A stretch of DNA of 64,000 bases, taken from positions 62,001-126,000 of the forward strand of contig CM082586.2 of assembly GCA_040954595.2 (NCBI GenBank), written 5' to 3'. Each line of letters opens with the position of its first letter. Within the stretch, counting starts at the first letter, position 1. The notes beneath the pieces are model-generated. The model was given only the letters and a program-made list of their open reading frames with translations, did not search any database and was not told where the DNA came from. Positions 1 to 12,200 of this stretch are shown one piece after another. The position numbers and the translations under genes were made by a program. The stretch is from Balanoglossus misakiensis (lineage: Eukaryota; Animalia; Hemichordata).

Positions 1-235
1 TGAAGAATGTAAGGGGCGAGATTTATCGACAGGATTCGTAATTGTTTTGACATAATTAACTACATGTTTTCAAGCTCAATTTGGGTAATGCTACAAATAC
101 AGGCTACGTTGTTGTTTTTTCCAGGAACCACTGTGTTGCAACTATTGTAATTTTAATGTGTCGCCCACGTGAACGATTCCGATAATAATATAATCCGGTA
201 CCATGGAAACTTAATTATGGCTATTTTATTCACAG

Positions 236-3200
236 CGCACTGTCGCGTTTACGGAGACCCTCATTACTCGACATTTGATGGAACGAACTATGACTTTATG
301 GGCGACTGTACTTACGTTTTGTTGAAGAATTGTTTCAGCGAAAACGGCAATTATCATATTTTGGGCAAAAATGTCGAATGTGGACGGTCTGACGGTCTGA
401 CGTGTACAAGAGCTGTCATCATTGAAATCGGCCACACCCTTGTCTACTTAAAACGTGGGGGCGCTGTTAACGTGAATGGAGACGACGTTGACAAATTTCC
501 TTTCACGGAAGAAAGCGTTTATATCGAAAGAGTATCGACCATATTTGTCAAGGTAACTGATTTAACGATGTGTCACATCATTTAATATAAAACGCTGGCA
601 TTGAGAATATTGATGTGTATTTTATTAAAATTCGCACCAAGTGGACTGGCCGTGAAATCAAATGTATATCCTGTGAAATGCTGTTTAAGATTATGATAAT
701 AGCACATTCATTTAGGCCGAGAATACTACATTTACATAAACTTTTCACTATTCAAACAGGTCGAACTTAACAACGGAGTAAAGGTATTATGGGATGGTCG
801 AAGTCGCGTGTTCATCAGGGTTAGTCCCGATCACTTCAACAAAACGTGCGGTTTGTGCGGTACTTTCAACAACAACCAGCTCGATGACTTCCAAACCATG
901 CAAGGTGCGTATAGACAGACACAAAGACGGGCAGGCAGGCAGGCAAACAGACAACCTTTTTTTTATCTTAACTGATAAAAAATATCTGGAGCAAACTACA
1001 ATGACAGTGACGACAGATATGGCCGCAGGTGGCTTTTGAAATATTTTACCACAACTTTTCTCATTCTGTGTTGTCAGTTCTGGATGTCTTGTTACTGTTT
1101 CAGAGTGACAATATACAGGTAAAAACTTTAAGAGAAAGTTTTGACTCTCCTTTCCTCTGACTCTAGGCGACGTCGAGACAAGCGTTGAAGCGTTTGCCAA
1201 CAAATACAAGACTAATCCAGGGTGTAAAGACGTGCCAATTGAAGAAGTACCTCATCCCTGTGACGTGTACTCCCAGCATGCCTCTACAGCCGAACGACTG
1301 TGCAGTCACCTGCTGAATGAAGATATCTTCAGAGGTATTGACCAGAACAAATTAGATATTTGCATAAGGAGGCTGGAATAGAAAGTCCGGCCTCTTCTGT
1401 ATTTTAACAAGAGTCTGTACATTTTCCAGCCGGTCTTACAAGAGATAAATAACACGAATGTTGTGAGTGAAGGGGCACTATATCATAACTTAAGGATAAA
1501 TGAAAAACAAACCTTATCTTTCAATCACTTTCCCAGAATGCCACAGTGTTATAGATCCACAGTCCTACTACGACAATTGTATGTTTGATGTCTGCGCATG
1601 CGAACAGCGAGCCTGTCACTGCATCTCCTTGTCAGCCTACGCGCATGACTGTGCCAACAAAGGAGTTCCTTTGAATGGATGGCGACAGCTGGAATCCCTT
1701 CCCGAATGTGGTGAGTGTACTGTGAATATAACATGTTCTCTGACATCGATGAAATACGACAAAATAATGTATATGAGTGCTTCGTAACCATTCCCTGTAT
1801 TTTCGTATATGTGTGCTGCTTCGAGTCATGGCTACGTTTGAATAACGAAATTAATATTAATCCATGCTTATTTTCTAAACGCGGTAGGTAACTTTGTGAA
1901 TTCATCACTTTGAATGATGGATACTCTCGTTGTTTAGATTTGAATGACCGCACAGTTGCTAAAGTTGCGTGGACAATTTTTGAAATAGTGTCATATTAAT
2001 TATGCAATGGTCTGTCCAGTTGAGGTGCATATTAACAACACCAAGGGCGCGAAAAGTGTTTTCTGAGACTGTATCACCTAATGTCGACATCTTTGTACAG
2101 GTGTTGAATGTCCTGAGGGTATGGTTTACACCGAGTGTGGCTCTGCTTGTCAGGTGACCGCTGACACGTTACGTCAAGGAATCCAGTGTGAGGACCAATC
2201 GTGTGTAGCAGGATGTCGATGCCCTGAAATGTTCGTAGAAAAAGATGACACATGTGTGTATCTGTCGTCGTTGCCATGTGAACGCGATGGAGTTGAATAC
2301 GAGGCTGGCGCCGAGGTTAAGCATGGCTGCGGCAAATGGTAAAATAGGTTCGGTTTTACAGATAGTTGAACTATAAAAGGATGGGCACAAAAGAATGAAG
2401 ATTTAGTACAAAGTTATTCTTAAAATATGATCTTATTTCCCCACATGTGACTGTGAGAATACTAATATGACAGTTTGTCATTTGTTTACTAGTTTAAGCA
2501 ATCATGTGGCATGTGTAATATGGTGTGCATATTCTGCGGTTTTGTTTCTTCGTTTTATTCCAAACTTTAAGCGAAGTAATCGTAACTCTATTTAACTGAC
2601 AGAAATATGAACAAAATTCAAAGCACGTCATATTTTTATTGATTCAATATTTGTGTTCTCTACACCTACGTGACTTCTTCCACAGTACCTGCACCGATGG
2701 TGTCTGGGACTGTGTTGACATGGCGTGTCCGACTAAACCCCCCTGTGGTGCCAACGAAGAATACGTCGACTGTAAATCGCCATGTCCAAAGACATGCGAA
2801 AACAAGGACAGTTATGATGATTGCAGCGCCGCCATATGTGAAGTTGGTTGTCAGTGTAATGATGGATTTGTTTTCGACGGTACTGAGTGTATTAGCCCGG
2901 ACAGTTGTCACTGTTACCATGGTGGCGAGAAGTACAAAGATGGCGCTGTTCTGGAAGAGGATTGTAAGCGTTGGTAGGCAATTTCCAACTGATCCTGAAT
3001 GGCATTGGGACTGACTATTCATGCTCAATGGGGATTGACAGAATTCCAGTTTCAATAATCCAAAGCACTTCCGTGAGATTAAAAATTGATGAATTCATCT
3101 TAAGTCGCTTTGGGTATTGAAAGGTCATGCGTGATAGTTCCAACTGATCTTACAGCGCGAAAGTTCTAGCAAGTTCCGTTTTGATTTCGATAAAAACAAT

Positions 3201-6200
3201 GGGGACACGCCGATTATCTCCATCGACACAGGTTGAAAGACATTTGCATTTTTCGCTGTATGTGAGAGAGAGGAATTACATCTATATTTATTCTGTCTAT
3301 CTAGATCACTTTTAAGTAATGAAACGATTTAGTCAAAACTGTTGAACTGACGCCTGTATTGTCTCAATAATTGTATAGACTTTAAGACATTTTTTTTCCA
3401 TTTACAGCGTTTGTAACGGCGGTACTTGGAACTGCGAAGACATTGACTGTAGTGGTAAGATTCATAACTTTGCCAATCTTTCACACAATTCGATTCTATA
3501 AAGATCAAGATCAAAATACAAGCTTTTTGCATCAAGGAATGGAGAGATTCCCATTTTTAAATAAAGAAAGCAAACCAGGAAAATATCGTGTTCACGGGTT
3601 ACATTGGTTTGGTATAATTGAAAATACATTTAAAGTGGTGGTGTTTTGATGAAATCCATTGGAATACATGCATGTTTAAGACTTTTTCAACATGTCGGGA
3701 ATTCCTCTGATATATTTGCACACAGGTGTGTGTCATGTTTATGGTGACCCTCACTATCAAACTTACGATGGGAAAAAGTTTGACTTCCAAGGGGAATGTG
3801 ACTACATACTGTCGCAGAGCATCGCCAACGACGAGAACTACTTCCGGGTCAGCGCTAAGAATGTCAAATGTGGGACGAGTGGTGTGACCTGTACCAGGGA
3901 CATTGCTATTAAACTCGGTAATTACACCTGAAATATGTGTACTATAGTCAATGTTGAAATTACAGTAGTTGTAACTTTTGATGACTTCATTTTCAACCTG
4001 TTTTGTTCCGTACATCAAGTTCACTTTGACAATTTAATTTTTAGTACATCGAAAAATTCAGGGACGAATTGCAGTAACTACACAAAACAAAAAAGTAAAG
4101 AATCATTTAAAGTGACAAGTATCGTGGAATTATGGGCTAGGCGCCTGGGGAGGAATGAATTAAAACGAGTATCTTTATTTCACCACTGTCAACTATGTTT
4201 AAATGATAGATCTAGATTCGTCATCTTTGGCCAATTTACCATCTACCACGATTATCCGATGACAGTCCCACATTATGAATCACAAATGGCGGATTCAGTT
4301 TAAATGCGTAGGTCACCTATGGAAATTTAGCTATAGTTACTGTGACAAGTGGAGATCTAAACAACATGAAAAATATAATAATTTGCATCAATACTTTTAA
4401 CAGAAGAATGTTCCTTATTCTGTGACTAAATGCATTTTGCAGGCAGGGGCGATGACAAGACATTAGTTAAGTTACAACGCGGCAAAGACCCAAGTGTTAT
4501 AAAAATTGGCAATGGCCCCGATGTCGAAATAGTAGAACTACAAATATATACCATCGTCTACACTGGTGTCGGATTGTACGTTAAGTGGAACCGTGGAACT
4601 ACTGTCTACGTAGTTATAGATGGGAGACACCGTGAGAAGGTACTCTTTTGGCATCGTAATGAACATCTCTAACAGTCAGTATCTTTGAGAAAAATGAAGT
4701 TATGAACATTTCATTCTTCGTGCAATCCTTCGAAATGTAACGCAAGAATAAATGTTACTAATTGATCCTTTCACATGATACCGTTGAAGTGATGGTTACT
4801 GATGTTGAGTCACTCAACAAACTGATGGTCATGCTGACATCTCAGTCAGACATGTAATGAGGCGTGTAATGAGACGGGATGATTGAAGACGTAATCACCC
4901 AAATCGGAGGGATTTAACCACTGCTGAAAGAGCCAATACAACAACAGATTTAGAACCATTTCCTCACTTCTTAAAACCAGAGGCTGTCATATAATACTTT
5001 GCCATCAAAACACTACAAAGGAATGCCATATCAGCGAACCATGCACTTCAAACGGACAAAACAGGAGACACCCGTACATTCCATATTTGTCTCTTGTACA
5101 GGTGGAGGGTCTGTGCGGTAATTTCAACGGAGGGCAGAGGGACGACTTCATTTGCCCAGGCGGGGGATTTCCAGTGGAAAGTCCGACCGAGTTCGGTAAC
5201 TGCTGGAGGGTAAGTGAGCATGAGTAGGGTTACGTATGTCATGAAATCTGGTTGAACATCAATTCTAACTTAGGATCTTAAATGGATAGAATAATGAGAC
5301 ATTCAAGTCATTGGTTTCACAGTCGTTTTGTGGGTTAAATTAAGACATGATAATGTCATAAATGTCTTGAAATGATGCATGTTGATTATCATCTAGTGTT
5401 CTTAAAAACATATCTTTCGTTAAAATGTTAGAATGGGGAATCATCGTGTATGTTTTGAATAAGGTTACTTTTGACAAACATTGTTCTCCCAAACCTTAAC
5501 ACATTTTGTAACAAAAATGTTTTCCGAACAGATGCACGACTGTTGCCCGGATGCTCCGAAGATTGAAGATCCGTGTGAACTTCATCCTGACCGTAAAACA
5601 TGGGCCAAGAAGGCTTGTAGTGTTATCAAGTCAGATTTATTCAAACCATGCCATTGTGTGGTTCCATTCAAACCTTTCCTAAGGCGTTGCGAGTACGACG
5701 CGTGTGGCTGCGACATGGGCGGTGACTGCGAATGTCTCTGTACGGCTGTCGCTGCGTATGCGCATGAATGCAGTCAGCACGGCGTGCACATCAAGTGGAG
5801 GTCACAAGAGCTCTGTCGTAAGTACAACTGCTATGACGTGGTAACATTTGCTCAAACCGTGACGCCTGGGGACGTGCCATACGCACGCCATGATACAGTT
5901 ATCCAGTAAGTTATCTGAGAGTAAACCCACATGCTAACTGAAACAGAATAGTTTTCATAAAACTAATTTAATTTATCAATAGAAATACATTTATGTACGT
6001 ACGTACGTGTGTATGTATGTATGCATGCATGTATGTATGTAATTTTTATATAGTCACCCATTACTTTCAGCCATTCAGTGCGAAGAGTGTATGGTATATG
6101 ACCCATGTATCTCACCTTGCAAGGATTCCTGTGCCGGTCGTGGCGTCAACAACTGCCAAGAAATTTGTGTTGAGGGTTGTCGATGCCCGGATGATCAAAT

Positions 6201-9200
6201 ATGGGATGGCGAAAAATGTGTCCCAGAATGCTCAGTGAATCCAACCACTGTGGCGCCGACAACAATGGCGCCTACGACAGAGGCCCCCTCAACGGCAGCA
6301 CCGGCGACAACAGCGCCCCCTACCACAGAAGAGCCAACGACAGTGCCACCATCAACTGCACCTCCGACCACCACACCTGCACCTACCACACTGGCACCGA
6401 CCACAATACCTCCCAAACCACCATGTAAGCATATATCAAGTATATATCACTTCGCCTGAAACTTTATCTTCCTTCTCAGCTATTCTACTGAATAAATATT
6501 GTAATTTTTTAACTGAACTCGAAGTTCGTCACAAATTCATATGAACCAAAAGTAAGAAATCATCAAACGTATGTGTGTCCTAGTCACCCCAAGACACACA
6601 ATATAAGTAAAAATCATCAGCATACGGCCACATGTGCCCATTTGGCCCCATCACCATTGTAAGTTGAGATCTAGCCAATCAAAGATCTTCACTTGCATGG
6701 CCACAAGCAAAAAGAACATCACAACATGGACATTAGAAGACGTGCCCCTTAATACATATGTTTAAATCTGAACTTCCTTGAACTTGCTACTGTAGGTCTG
6801 TGTTATGGATTCGGTGACCCACACTATCAGAGTTTCGATGGTCTATGGTTTTCCCACCAAGGCAACTGTACCTATCTGCTAGCGAGGCCACAAGACATCC
6901 ATGACTTCGAAGTGTTTGTCAACAATGTGCCGTGCGTAGATCAGCCATCTACCACTTGTACCAAGGAGGTGACTACCGTTTATGGAAGACATGAAGTAAT
7001 TCTTAAAGACGAAAATGAAGTATGTGTAACATGAATTATATTTTATTTGTACCATTAATTTTGAGAATTCAGCCGTAAATGTTTAATGTAACATAATTAC
7101 TAGAAACCAATAACTTACGATAGAGATCTCTCTTGTACGTCCATGCTTAGAAATGTTTGCTGTGAGATGCTTCTGCTTGTCTGTTAATCAAGCCTTACGT
7201 GAAGCAGTTAGATCATAAGATTAATGATGAATAACTGGCGCCGTGTATATCGACAGGTGTTAGTTGATGGCGAATTGGCTGACCTTCCCGTGAATGTTGA
7301 TGACACCATCTTTGTCAATCAAGCTGGATTACAGTTGGTTCTGACCATTCCAGAGATAGGTGTGGAGTTTGAGGTTCGATATGAGAGTCTCTTTCACACC
7401 TACAGTGTAATGTTGCCATCCTCGTTGTACTGGGACAGAACGGAAGGAGTGTGTGGTATGTATTCCAGATCTGATTCAGCGGAAACTTCATGTTCTTCCA
7501 AAAATACGAGGTCTTGCTCTCATTCAAACCTTGATCATTTAACATTGTAACCTTACCCTACTGAGTACCTGTAACCCCTCTACCAACCCCTCCTACGTAT
7601 CAATCTAAATCAGGACCTCTCCTATCGATCCATTATCGTAAAATGTTACGTTTACATGTTGGAGTAAACATCCCCACAGAACAGTTGACAAACATAAACA
7701 CACACTAACAAAAGTAGTCCTAGAAGCATATCGTGTTAAGGAAAGTACCTTCTTTCTAAACGTAATATTCCAGGTCCTTGCAATGGTGATACCAGTGATG
7801 ATTTCCGTATGCGAGATGGCACCATCTCAGATGATGTGGATGAATTCGTCCAGGATTGGTTTGTTCCTGAAAGAAGCAGCGAGCACTGTCCACCACCGAC
7901 TCAGCCACAGCCATGTGAGCCTCCGCTCGAGTCATGTGTTGAAAAATGCGGTGTCTTGCTCTCCAACACCTTTGAAGAATGTCATGATCGCATCGACCCA
8001 GGGCATTATTTTGAGAAATGTCTGTTTGATTGCTGCCATTGTGCCACTCCAGGTGGATGTTACTGTGACTCTATTTCTGCATATGCTATGTTGTGTTCCT
8101 ATGGTAACATATGCATCGACTGGCGAGATGATGATCTGTGTCGTAAGTAGAATTATTTCATGATACTGATTAGAAATTTTGTACATGTACAATTTCGCTT
8201 ACAAACCTCGTCATAAAATATCTAAAATGACTGCAGAAGTACTTCAATAATTCAAAAGTCAAACATGGGAATGTTTTGTTCTGTTGGAGTGTCTTGTTAA
8301 TCTGAAGTGCAAACTGCTCCGGCTGCCGTACTTAGTTTGCCTGACATGTGACTGTTTTGTGCATATGTCTTTCCTTTGTTTCAACCAGCGATTGAATGTC
8401 CCAGTGATATGCACTACACTGAATGCGGCAAGGCATGCAACAGAACATTGGAGAACTGCAACTTGCCTGATGAACTTCTATGCAGTAAGTTCCCAGCTCC
8501 AGGATGCTTCTGTGAGAACGGTTATGTTTCTACAGAAGATGGCTGCCAACCCTGCCCAGGTGAGGACGAGTATTTGAATACTAGTACATTAAATATCTGA
8601 GTGATGATCGAGTACCCTAGGTAATTAAAACACATGGTAAACCCAATTCCTTCGTTGAGAAGGGCAAGCTGTTTTTCGCAAATTTGGTGCAAAATGTTCA
8701 CGAGTGCAAAGCGAGTGTATAATAAAACAAATATTAATACAAGTAACTAACTGTCAGGCTTGGTCAGTAAATATTGCAGTTTTACATGCATAGACTGATG
8801 TAATTTATTTTACCCACGACAGAAGTTCCAACAGAACCAGAAGATAGTGGTTCTGGAAGTGGTGAAATACCAACAACTGTAGCACCAACCACTGCAGCAC
8901 CAACGACTGTACCTCCAACTGAACCAGAAGATATTGGTTCTGGAAGTGGTGACATACCAACAACTGTAGCACCAACCACTGCAGCACCAACGACCGCACC
9001 TGCAACAACTGCAACACCAACAACTGTAGCTCCAACTGAACCAGAAGATAGTGGTTCTGGAAGTGGTGAAATACCAACAACTGTAGCACCAACCACTGCA
9101 GCACCAACGACTGTACCTCCAACTGAACCAGAAGATATTGGTTCTGGAAGTGGTGACATACCAACAACTGTAGCACCAACCACTGCAGCACCAACGACCG

Positions 9201-12200
9201 CACCTGCAACCACTGCAGCAACAACAACTGTAGCTCCAACTGAACCAGAAGATAGTGGTTCTGGAAGTGGTGACATACCAACAACTGTAGCACCAACCAC
9301 TGCAGCACCAACGACTGTAGCTCCAACTGAACCAGAAGATAGTGGTTCTGGAAGTGGTGAAATACCAACAACTGTAGCACCAACAACTGAAGCTCCAACA
9401 GAACCAGAAGAAAGCGGGTCAGGACAGCCATGTGTAACTGTGGATCAATCCGTATGTGAACGTTTCCTTGACATCTTCAAAGACTGTCATGACAGTATAG
9501 AATTCTACGACCAATGCCTTAGACTATGTGAAGATGAATTGTGTGATTTCTTCGAAGCATATGCACATCATTGCAAGGACCAAGGACACTGTGTTGAATG
9601 GCGGGATGAAGATCTCTGTGGTAAGTAGAATCCGAAACTTGTATTTGGTGTTAGCATCTAAAAATTGTAATTGGTGTTTGCATCTGTAAGAATTCCACAA
9701 ACCATAAAATCAGGGGAATTAATATAAATGGTTTACTAACCTGCATTTTGTGATAGACAAGCATGGTCCTGTTGCCAGTATGACAAAAAGTGTAATCTAC
9801 CCACGGGTTGACTGTATCACACTTTTTACAATCATGCCAGTATTATTCACGACGGCAAAAGTAGTGGACGCACATTGTATTCTATTCCAAAATTTGATAT
9901 TTCATGTATATATTTTCTGTTGACCCTTTTGTAGCTGTGGAGTGCCAGAACGGTTTAGAGTACATGGATTGTGGCCAGTCTTGCAACAGCACTTGCAACG
10001 ATTGTAGTAGCACACTTGAACCCGGATGCTATTGCCCGAGTGGGACATTTGCAAAGAACGGAAATTGTTGCCGTATGTAACAAAATCTTTCTTGATGATA
10101 TTTTAACATGGTGTAATTACCAAATTAAGAAATATGTAAATACCTGTATGCAGTATTTTATCAGAATATTCCAAGTTATTTTGGTAACTTGATCTAAACC
10201 ATCTAAACTGATCACTCATATTCTGTGTGAATAACAATGTAAAATGAAAAGATTAAAATCAAAGGATTCAGTAACCAGGTGCACAATACAAATGAACAAG
10301 CCTAAAATTGAATGGAGTTTGCCATATGTGAATTCATGTGTATACAGAAGTTATGAGTAACCATTGCACTCATATTGTCAATGCATTCATCTTTGTACGC
10401 ACACGTTTTGGTTTCTTAGCATGTTGTTTGACTGAGGTAGGCTGTCCGGAGGAACCTCCTGAACCAACTTGTCCACCTGGTCAAGAACTAAAATCTCGCA
10501 CAGACAGGACTGGATGTTGTCCACAAACCATATACTTTTGCAGTGAGTACAGAAATTACCATTACATAATTCACTTGTCAAAGGATATGGGTGTAGATAA
10601 TCTGGGGTCAGTATTTGATCTTTGCTATTCTTTAAATGTTGAGTCTGTATGAAGATTTAATATTCATTATATGACAATATATGAAACTACACTTGGATGT
10701 TGGGATTTAGCTTAATGGTTTTCTGCGCTGCTTTCTTTGCTACATGCATCAGTTTTGAGTTTGAATCTCGTATAATATAATTTTATTATTGGAATATTTG
10801 TTTAAAAGTTTGATTCATGGATATATCATGAATGACTTAATGCAATTTTTTTAGCATGTCCGGTACACTGTCCCTCGCCACCTGAATGTGAAGATGGTTT
10901 TGAACTTGAGACTATTGGAAGGGGAGTTTGTTGCCCACTTTACAGATGCAAACGTAAGTATAAGTGACGATAACAAACTGCCTTTAGTTAGCAAAACCCA
11001 TGGATATATAACAAGCGTGATAAATTTGAAGGTTCCGGAATCTACAATATTCTTTTCCAATATTTGGGAATGATGATTAAACATATTTTACTATTCTGGG
11101 TTCAAATTAAAGATAATTGTTTCCTCAGTGTAATTTTGATCATAATTGGTTTATTGGCCTTTATATTGTGTTAGAAATGCAATCTTAAAGTCGCAACTAT
11201 GTCATTTTTGTTACAGGAAAATGCGAAATTGCATCTACGAGACCAGAAACAATTGAGATCGATGGATGTCGGACAATACACCCTATAATACTCAACCAAT
11301 GCGAAGGTGGCTGTAAATCAGGATCAGTTTACTCTATTGAAAGAAGTGAAATAATACAAAGCTGCTCCTGTTGTCAAGCTACACTATCTAAGACTAAAAA
11401 GGTGTTACTTCTTTGTGAAGATGGTGTGAAAAGATACTTTGATTATGAGAGAATAATCGAATGTCAGTGTATGCCTTGCGAGCCTGAAGACATCGTGACA
11501 ACACCTGAACCGACAACAGCAGCTCCGACCACATTAGCTCCAACTACTCTAGGCCCAACCACTGCAGCACCAACCACAGCAGCTCCTACTACTGCAGCAC
11601 CAACCAGTGCAGCACCAACCACTTCAGTTCCAACTACCGCAGCACCAACTGAACCTGAAGACAGTGGATCTGGAAGCGGAGAAGAACCAACAGCAGCCCC
11701 AACCACGGCATCACCAACGACTGCTGCCCCAACTACTGCAGCACCGACCACAGCAGTTCCAAGCACTGCAGCATCAACCACTTCAGTTCCAACTACCGCA
11801 GCACCAACTGAACCTGAAGACAGTGGATCTGGAAGCGGAGAAGAACCAACAGCAGCCCCAACCACGGCATCACCAACGACTGCTGCCCCAACTACTGCAG
11901 CACCGACCACAGCAGTTCCAAGCACTGCAGCACCAACCACTTCAGTTCCAACTACCGCAGCACCAACTGAACCTGAAGACAGTGGATCTGGAAGCGGAGA
12001 AGAACCAACAGCAGCCCCAACCACGGCATCACCAACGACTGCTGCCCCAACTACTGCAGCACCAACCACAGCAGTTCCAAGCACTGCAGCACCAACCACT
12101 TCAGTTCAGACTACCGCAGCACCAACTGAATCTGATGACAGTGGATCTGGAAGCGGAGAAGAACCAACAGCAGCCCCGACCATGGTATCACCAACCACAG

